Shown here: piece after piece, positions 26,494 through 32,000 of the stretch
Position numbering within the stretch: position 1 is the stretch's first letter
Layout of the letters: each line of letters opens with the position of its first letter
Assembly: GCF_000020385.1 (NCBI RefSeq)
Contig: NC_010814.1
Location: 1,320,001-1,352,000, forward strand
Length of the DNA: 32,000 nucleotides
Direction: 5' to 3'
Source: Trichlorobacter lovleyi SZ
Lineage (GTDB): Bacteria > Desulfobacterota > Desulfuromonadia > Geobacterales > Pseudopelobacteraceae
Notes under the pieces: generated by a model
Seen by the model: only the letters and a program-made list of their open reading frames with translations
Database searches by the model: none
Told to the model about the DNA's origin: nothing
Translations under genes and position numbers: made by a program

Positions 26494-27081
26494 TTACGGT
26501 TGGGTTGCCAGATAGTCTGCAATTTTCTGTAACTGTGTATCGTCCAAACCAAAAGTCATGCCGTAATTCTTGAACGCCGTTACATTTCTGAATGCCGCTG
26601 GTATGCGTGTGGGTACACCATGGCATGTTGAAGTGCCGCAGCTTTTTTTGTATTGTGCCTCTCCGTCCAACACGCCACTGCCACCGCTGGTTGTGCTCTT
26701 AAATGTGCCTGATACGTTGCCAATAGTTAATGTTGTGGTTGTGGTTGTGCCGTTTAAAGCCGAAGCGGTATGCCGTACCCGTACAGATTGCCCTGTACTT
26801 ACCGTGCCGGCAGTAGTGGTAAATTCTGCGTCTCCGATGGAGTAGCTGCCGCCTGTAACACTGATAGGCACAGCACCGGTAACGCCACTAACGGTAATTG
26901 AGTTGGAAGTTACTGTAGAAGATGGTGCTACATCAGTTTGGCTTGTAAACGTGAAAGATTTTTGAGTTGTACCACCAGTGTTAGTATCAGTTTCGTATAT
27001 TGTTTTATCTTCTCCACAGCCACTAAATGTGAATAACGAAATCAACAATACAGCAAAAATCAAATATCTTTTTAACTCCAT
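26494..27081 (-). CDS. lipoprotein with Thr-rich beta-sandwich-like domain and C-terminal class-I-like cytochrome c domain (CX4CH)
   Basis: Lipobox FSGC. The C-terminal region GEAQYKKSCGTSTCHG...NYGMTF...LQKIADYL resembles monohaem cytochrome c. The Cys spacing is C-x4-CH (nt 26620-26640) rather than CxxCH. Confidence 0.7.
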   Translation of the reverse strand: MELKRYLIFAVLLISLFTFSGCGEDKTIYETDTNTGGTTQKSFTFTSQTDVAPSSTVTSNSITVSGVTGAVPISVTGGSYSIGDAEFTTTAGTVSTGQSVRVRHTASALNGTTTTTTLTIGNVSGTFKSTTSGGSGVLDGEAQYKKSCGTSTCHGVPTRIPAAFRNVTAFKNYGMTFGLDDTQLQKIADYLATQP

Positions 27082-27224
27082 CTCTCGTTAAATCCTTTCT
27101 GTGATTTTTTGTTGCTAATTTGTGTTTAGTAGCTTCAAATGTACTGATGTAGGTCCATTACCTAGCTGCCTCCTTCCGTGTAGGTATTGATATGCTTGTT
27201 GGGATATTTTATTCTGCCAGTATT

Positions 27225-27240
27225 AGCTAAGATTGTGCCA
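27225..27240 (-). promoter_or_regulatory. sigma-54 (-24/-12) promoter for the cytochrome/flavoprotein operon
   Basis: The minus strand reads TGGCACAATCTTAGCT against the consensus TGGCAC-N5-TTGCW. GG-N10-GC spacing is exact, with one mismatch in the -12 box. It lies about 145 nt upstream of the ATG at 27081. Confidence 0.6.
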
Positions 27241-27303
27241 AAGTGGATTTGAGTGGTAATTGCCTGTAATTATTGCTTGTTTTTGGCAGGCTTTCCGCTG
27301 TTG

Positions 27304-27370
27304 GTCGTATACGACAAAGGCTTGTGTCGTATATGGTGATTTGATGTTGTTTTGTCGTATATGACGACAA
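27304..27370. promoter_or_regulatory. cluster of GTCGTAT-containing palindromes (candidate enhancer/UAS for the adjacent sigma-54 activator)
   Basis: GTCGTATACGAC at 27304-27315 is a perfect palindrome. GTGTCGTATAT lies at 27324-27334. TTGTCGTATATGACGACAA at 27352-27370 has 7-nt arms. The cluster sits about 65-130 nt upstream of the -24 element. Confidence 0.5.
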
Positions 27371-27662
27371 TAGTGGTGTGTTGGGCTTTGGGGTTGATGC
27401 GCTTTGGGTCGGGGTGGGGCATAATCGCTGGTGTTGTCAGGTGTATGTGTGAGTATTGGCTGTCATTTTATCTGGGGTGCTTTGTAGATTCTGGTCTGTT
27501 GAATTCATGCGACCGATAGCTTCAGTGGTAAATTGTCCTGTGTTCATGAAGAGTGCGGCTGTTATGGTGTGTAACTATAGTGTTAATGGCACGCTGACAT
27601 GCCTTTGGGGTGCTCGATATTGCACGTCTAGTTGTTTAATATGGTAATTATGGTGTCGTATT

Positions 27663-27678
27663 TGGCAAGGATGTTGCT
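27663..27678 (+). promoter_or_regulatory. sigma-54 (-24/-12) promoter upstream of the activator gene
   Basis: TGGCAAGGATGTTGCT has exact GG-N10-GC spacing and one mismatch to consensus. It lies 66 nt upstream of the ATG at 27744 and 1 nt after a fourth GTGTCGTAT copy (27653-27661). Confidence 0.6.
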
Positions 27679-27743
27679 GACTGTCTCATTCAACAACAGT
27701 TTGAATATGCTTCAAAATAACACTGCATCAGGAGAAGGTTGTC

Positions 27744-29300
27744 ATGACTGTCAACAAGGAAGAGTTTTTCAGGGAAATGACGTTAAGGATGTCGAGCAGT
27801 CTTGACATCAACATAGTCTTAAAACTGGTGCTGGAGTACCTACAGAGATTTATGCCTCTCAACCAAGTGCACTTGTCTTACGCTGCGGATGGACAACTGG
27901 CTGAAAGCAATACGAGCAATTGTGTCGCATTGGCAAACGACGGTATGTATCCCGACATTCGGTGTCATGCCTCTCAGCCTTCCAAAATACAACAGTGGGT
28001 ACTTAAACAGAAGAGACCTTTCATGGATAAAGATATTCTTGTAGTTAACGACTGCCAGCACATCGCTTCTGGTCCGGATAGCGCCAGCTCTCTCATTGTG
28101 CCTCTTCGAATCGACACCAAGCTTATCGGATTTTTATGGCTTTGGGCTATGGGTGAAAACAGATTTAACGCTGACCATGCCGATTTGTTGGAAAGTGTGG
28201 CCGCTCCATTTGCATTGGCGTTGTCTAATGTTAATAGCTACGCTTCATTGCTTAAAAACAGGGAGACAATCATAGACGATAACCGTTTTCTGAATAATGA
28301 ACTCCTTTCGCAGGCGGAAGGCAGAATCATCGGAGCGAGTATGGGGTTACGTGACGTGATGATACTGGTGCAACAGGTGGCACGACAAAATACCACGGTG
28401 CTGATCGTTGGCGAAACGGGAACGGGCAAGGAGGGAATTGCCAATGCGATCCATTTTGCCTCACCGCGTAAAGATGGCCCCTTTATCAAGATCAACTGCG
28501 GTGCAATTGCCGAAAATCTTATTGATGACGAATTATTTGGTCATGAAAAGGGAGCATTTACGGGGGCTACTTCTGAAAAGCGTGGGAGGTTTGAGCGGGC
28601 CAATGGTGGCACATTTTTTCTCGATGAAATCGGCGAATTACCGCTTCAGAGTCAGGTAAGGTTGTTGCGTGTATTACAAAATAAGGTGATCAGCCGTGTG
28701 GGTGGAGAGAAGCCAATTCCTGTTGACGTGCGGATAATAGCGGCAACCAATCGAGATTTGAAACAGATGGTTGCTGAAGGTCGGTTCCGGGAAGACCTCT
28801 GGTTTCGTCTGGAGGTCTTCCCTATCTCGATACCACCTCTTCGACAGCGTAAAGAGGATATTCCCGCCTTGATCCGCCACTTTGTGACGCAGAAAAGCAA
28901 GGAGCTGAACATTGCTCCTTCCCCTGCAGTTGCGCCAGGCGCGTATGAGAGACTTATGAGTTATGGCTGGCCTGGCAATGTCCGTGAGCTTGAAAATATG
29001 GTGGAACGAGAGCTGATTCGCTATCAAGGTGGGCTCCTGAGATTCGACTGTCTGTTGCTGGAAGAAAAATGTCGAGAAGCCGCTGCGGTGTCCAACAATA
29101 TCGAAACATCTACCAGGCCTTTAAGTCTCGACGAAGCAATGTGCTTGCATATCAACAATGTTTTGGAGATGACAAACAATAAGATTCATGGGACCAACGG
29201 AGCTGCAGAATTGCTTGGCATCAATCCTAGCACGTTGCGAGGGCGAATGCGTAATCTTGGAATCCTGCACGGAACAAGAAACGCAAAACGAACTAAGTAG
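27744..29300 (+). CDS. sigma-54-dependent transcriptional activator, GAF sensor + AAA+ + Fis-type HTH
   Basis: N-terminal GAF-like region (SSLIVPLRIDTKLIGFLWLWA...), Walker A GETGTGKE, the GAFTGA loop, Walker B FFLDEIGEL, and C-terminal HTH AAELLGINPSTLRGRMRNLGI. The RBS is GGAGAAGG. Confidence 0.95.
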   Translation: MTVNKEEFFREMTLRMSSSLDINIVLKLVLEYLQRFMPLNQVHLSYAADGQLAESNTSNCVALANDGMYPDIRCHASQPSKIQQWVLKQKRPFMDKDILVVNDCQHIASGPDSASSLIVPLRIDTKLIGFLWLWAMGENRFNADHADLLESVAAPFALALSNVNSYASLLKNRETIIDDNRFLNNELLSQAEGRIIGASMGLRDVMILVQQVARQNTTVLIVGETGTGKEGIANAIHFASPRKDGPFIKINCGAIAENLIDDELFGHEKGAFTGATSEKRGRFERANGGTFFLDEIGELPLQSQVRLLRVLQNKVISRVGGEKPIPVDVRIIAATNRDLKQMVAEGRFREDLWFRLEVFPISIPPLRQRKEDIPALIRHFVTQKSKELNIAPSPAVAPGAYERLMSYGWPGNVRELENMVERELIRYQGGLLRFDCLLLEEKCREAAAVSNNIETSTRPLSLDEAMCLHINNVLEMTNNKIHGTNGAAELLGINPSTLRGRMRNLGILHGTRNAKRTK

Positions 29301-29458
29301 ATCGAGGTACTAACTGCCTAGGTGGTGCATATTTGAAATAAGTAGTCTGGTGTCTGGTATAAACATGTGGGCCATACGGTTCAGAGCAATGCTGCCTGTT
29401 AGTGGTCGTACTTAAGGCGGATGGCTCAACTTTTGGATTTTGTTGTCTGTTATATTCA

Positions 29459-30472
29459 TTAAAATTTCTTGCTGAGCCCCAGGTGAAAGGTGACATCAGG
29501 GGCTGTGGCCACTGCGATATCCTCGCCAACACCGATATCAAGCTGATAGTTGCCCGGCAGTTTGAGGGTGCCGCCGGTGGTGAGCAGGGCGGTTGCCTTG
29601 CCCAGTTCGCTGAGGGAACTTTGGTTATAGAAGGCTGAGGTGAGGGAGCACTGTACCTTGAAGCTGACCCAGTCCGCCGGTGACCAGCCCAAACCGGTGC
29701 TGCCGAAGCCAACGAAGTTTTCGCGCTGGTTTTTCAGGATGTCGCCATCGCTGGTGTACAGACCCCCGACTGATGCAAACAGGCCCAGCGTCCCCCATTC
29801 TGTCCGGCGATTCATGGCGCCGCTGAGGAACAGGGCAATGTCAACACCGCCACTCCCCCGCAGGCTGGCGCTGTCGCCGGTGGGCAGCTTGAGCTGACTG
29901 CGCAGTGCAAGCGTATCATGATCGGTTTCGGTCTGCTGTTCAAACAACCGGTAGGCACCCAGAATGCTGAGATCCCCGATGCCGCCTGAGGCGTGGCTTA
30001 TATCAAGCTGCTTGACGCCGTTTCTGCTGTAATAATAGCGCAGTTTGTTTTTTTGGGCCGTGTCGCGGCCACCCTGGGGGAGTCCGAATACTCTATGCCA
30101 ATCCATGATGAAGCCATCCAGAAAACCGCCACCCTGGAGGGTTACCGGGAGTTCAAGGCCCAGCTCAAGCCTGTCGGTTATGCCGTAACGTCCGGCCAGG
30201 GTCCAGCGGTAGAGCTCGCCATCCAGCAGGATATGTTCATTGGCAGTGCTCTTGGTGCTGTACAGGCTGGCAATATCCTGGGTCAACTGCAGCTGGGAAC
30301 TGCCTGCGGCAAGCACTGTGGATGAGGTCTCTGACGGCAATCCGTAAATCTGTATCAGCGGATTGAGGTTTGTTGTACGGAAGGGAGTGATCTCAACGGC
30401 GAAGGCACTGTTTGCCCAAACCGCGGATACAAAAGCCATGATCAACAAGCGGAATGAAAAAGGCAGATTCAT
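29459..30472 (-). CDS. outer-membrane beta-barrel protein (DUF3187-like)
   Basis: Signal peptide ...ANSAFA|VE, an alternating beta-strand pattern and a C-terminal ...GLSKKF. The DUF3187 family assignment is from memory. Confidence 0.65.
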   Translation of the reverse strand: MNLPFSFRLLIMAFVSAVWANSAFAVEITPFRTTNLNPLIQIYGLPSETSSTVLAAGSSQLQLTQDIASLYSTKSTANEHILLDGELYRWTLAGRYGITDRLELGLELPVTLQGGGFLDGFIMDWHRVFGLPQGGRDTAQKNKLRYYYSRNGVKQLDISHASGGIGDLSILGAYRLFEQQTETDHDTLALRSQLKLPTGDSASLRGSGGVDIALFLSGAMNRRTEWGTLGLFASVGGLYTSDGDILKNQRENFVGFGSTGLGWSPADWVSFKVQCSLTSAFYNQSSLSELGKATALLTTGGTLKLPGNYQLDIGVGEDIAVATAPDVTFHLGLSKKF

Positions 30473-30624
30473 GTCAAATACTCCCCGGAAAACTGGTAAA
30501 ATAAAAAAAGTATGCTCGTGAAAAAAAGAGTCTGCTGTATCGGGTGGAGTAATACCGTGTTACTCTCAGCTTGTCCAGCAGAAGCAGGTTGTATTGGCAA
30601 CAGAGCCACGGAAGGAGTCGTGTA

Positions 30625-31239
30625 ATGAACTATAGAGCTGTTGTATGGTCCCTGTGTAGCCTGCTCCTGCTTTGGGGCTGTTCCTCTGCTCCGTTGTTGC
30701 AACCGTTGCCACCCGATGCCGTTGTCCTGGCTTTTGGCGACAGCCTGACGGCCGGTACCGGCGCAACGCCTGAAACCAGCTATCCCGCTGTCCTAAGCCG
30801 TCTGATCGGACGCACGGTGGTGAATGCCGGGATACCCGGTGAGGTGACCGCGGCAGGCCTGGCGAGGCTGGCCGAGACACTGGACCGGGAAAAACCGGCA
30901 CTGGTGCTGCTCTGTCTGGGAGGGAACGATTTTTTGCAGCGGCTTGATCAGGCCAAGACCGGGGAAAATCTGCGCAGCATGGTCCGCATGATGCGTGAAC
31001 GGGGGATCGCTGTGGTTTTGATCGGAGTGCCGCGGTTGGGATTCGGGGTGGATGTACCGGGGTGGTATGCTGAACTGGCCAAAGAAGCGGGTGTGCCGTA
31101 TGAAGGCAAACTGCTGAAACGGATTCTGGCCGACCGTTCACTCAAGTCGGACCCGATCCATCCCAATGCTGCCGGTTATCAGCAGCTTGCGGAGGGACTG
31201 GCTGCAGTCTTGAAGAAAAACGGGGCGCTGCCCAAATAA
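30625..31239 (+). CDS. SGNH/GDSL arylesterase-type hydrolase lipoprotein (TesA-like)
   Basis: The ATG at 30625 follows GGAAGGAG. Lipobox LLWGC. Block I FGDSLTAG, block III GGNDF and block V DPIHPN are all present. Confidence 0.85.
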   Translation: MNYRAVVWSLCSLLLLWGCSSAPLLQPLPPDAVVLAFGDSLTAGTGATPETSYPAVLSRLIGRTVVNAGIPGEVTAAGLARLAETLDREKPALVLLCLGGNDFLQRLDQAKTGENLRSMVRMMRERGIAVVLIGVPRLGFGVDVPGWYAELAKEAGVPYEGKLLKRILADRSLKSDPIHPNAAGYQQLAEGLAAVLKKNGALPK

Positions 31240-31268
31240 TGCCGGTTAGAGCGGGCAGGGGGGATTGC

Positions 31269-31982
31269 TCAGGCGGCCACAATGGCGCGGTTTCTGCCCC
31301 CCAGCTTGGCCTGGAACAAGGCCTGGTCAGCACGGGAGATCGCTTCAAAAATGTTCTGGTCCGGCTTGTACTCGCAGACGCCCAGGCTGATGGTAAGCTG
31401 GATCCCCGGCCGGTTGACCTTGAATTCGGTCATGGCAACTGATTCGCGGATCTTGTTGGCAACGGCAAGGGCACCGTCAAGTTGGGTCTCCGGCAGCAGA
31501 ACCAGAAATTCTTCGCCACCCCAGCGTGAACAGATGTCTTCATTGCGCAGGCAACCGCGCAACACGCGGGAGACCTCTACCAGAACATCGTCACCGGTGT
31601 TGAAACCATGGGTGTCATTAACCTTTTTAAAGTAGTCAAGGTCGGCCATGATGATGGAGGCTGGCCGTTGGTGCCGGTGTGCCCTGCTGAACTCCTGTTC
31701 AATCATTTCCATGATGGCCCGCCGGTTCGCAAGGCCGGTCATCGGGTCAATTCTGGTTGCAAGGTCCAGAGAACGGTTCATGTTTACCAGCTGGGTTTGC
31801 AACTGGGCCTTTTCCTTGATCATCCGTTCGGTACGCTGGGACAGGGTGCGATAAAGCTCATGCAGCTGTTGCAGTTCCGGCAAAAGGGGATTGTCCTTGA
31901 AACGTTCATCCGCCATAAGTTGCTGAAAACGATCGGCCTCAATAGCTTCAAGACTTCCGATGAGATCGCGGTCTGTTGCCAT
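31269..31982 (-). CDS. diguanylate cyclase (coiled-coil N-terminus + GGDEF domain)
   Basis: The active site is RWGGEEFLVLLPE. An RxxD I-site (RNED) lies five residues upstream of GGEEF. Confidence 0.9.
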   Translation of the reverse strand: MATDRDLIGSLEAIEADRFQQLMADERFKDNPLLPELQQLHELYRTLSQRTERMIKEKAQLQTQLVNMNRSLDLATRIDPMTGLANRRAIMEMIEQEFSRAHRHQRPASIIMADLDYFKKVNDTHGFNTGDDVLVEVSRVLRGCLRNEDICSRWGGEEFLVLLPETQLDGALAVANKIRESVAMTEFKVNRPGIQLTISLGVCEYKPDQNIFEAISRADQALFQAKLGGRNRAIVAA

Positions 31983-32000
31983 AGTACAGAACCCCTTTGG

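Noticed and set aside
27284-27299. TGGCAGGCTTTCCGCT, a second plus-strand -24/-12-like match.
   Set aside because: The spacing is correct, but the -12 box (CCGCT) is poor. It also lies upstream of the palindrome cluster and 460 nt from the activator ATG. I treat it as a chance match.
27587-27602. TGGCACGCTGACATGC, a sigma-54-like element on the plus strand.
   Set aside because: The GG to GC distance is one nucleotide too long (13 instead of 12), and this spacing is essentially invariant. The element at 27663-27678 fits far better.
27456-27647. A 63-aa Cys-rich ORF in the large intergenic region between the cytochrome operon and the activator gene.
   Set aside because: It has no SD and a GT-rich skewed composition, and it lies between regulatory elements. 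It is most likely non-coding leader or enhancer DNA. Only ribosome profiling could rescue it.
1-32000. CRISPR arrays, tRNA or rRNA genes, integrase or att sites at the island borders, and defence-system genes.
   Set aside because: I saw no regularly spaced direct repeats, no cloverleaf-like or rRNA-like segments in the intergenic gaps, and no nuclease, helicase or integrase-type ORFs. The only mobile-element content is the IS21 element and the IS4 scar.

Overview
The window looks like Desulfuromonadales/Geobacter-type chromosomal DNA. That assignment is an inference from gene content only: a T2SS operon, dense multihaem cytochromes and a haem-containing chemoreceptor. Nearly every gene is on the minus strand. 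Positions 1.1-12.3 kb hold a complete, tightly coupled type II secretion operon, gspC-D-E-F-G-H-I-J-K-L-M-N, at about 60% GC in spot counts. Positions 12.5-17.4 kb are a visibly lower-GC block. It carries a divergent tatC, a tatA/B-family gene, a SAM methyltransferase, a chemoreceptor with a periplasmic CxxCH motif, a tip-only mini-MCP and a small His-rich protein. Positions 17.4-18.6 kb hold a high-GC, isolated ribBA. Positions 18.9-29.3 kb are a lower-GC accessory island and the best candidate for an undescribed system. A GAF/sigma-54 activator gene sits divergent to a -24/-12 promoter with repeated GTCGTAT palindromes. That promoter heads a collinear minus-strand gene string: lipoprotein cytochrome c with an atypical CX4CH motif, a Tat-exported lipoprotein flavoprotein, a Tat/lipobox NTF2-like protein, an outer-membrane beta-barrel, a hexahaem cytochrome, and a private 57-aa TatA that is missing from the ORF track. 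The string is broken by an IS4-family transposase scar and by an intact IS21 element. The IS21 element has a 5-bp target duplication and splits the barrel gene in frame. Positions 29.5-32 kb carry an OM protein, an SGNH esterase lipoprotein and a GGDEF cyclase. No tRNA, rRNA or CRISPR array was seen.
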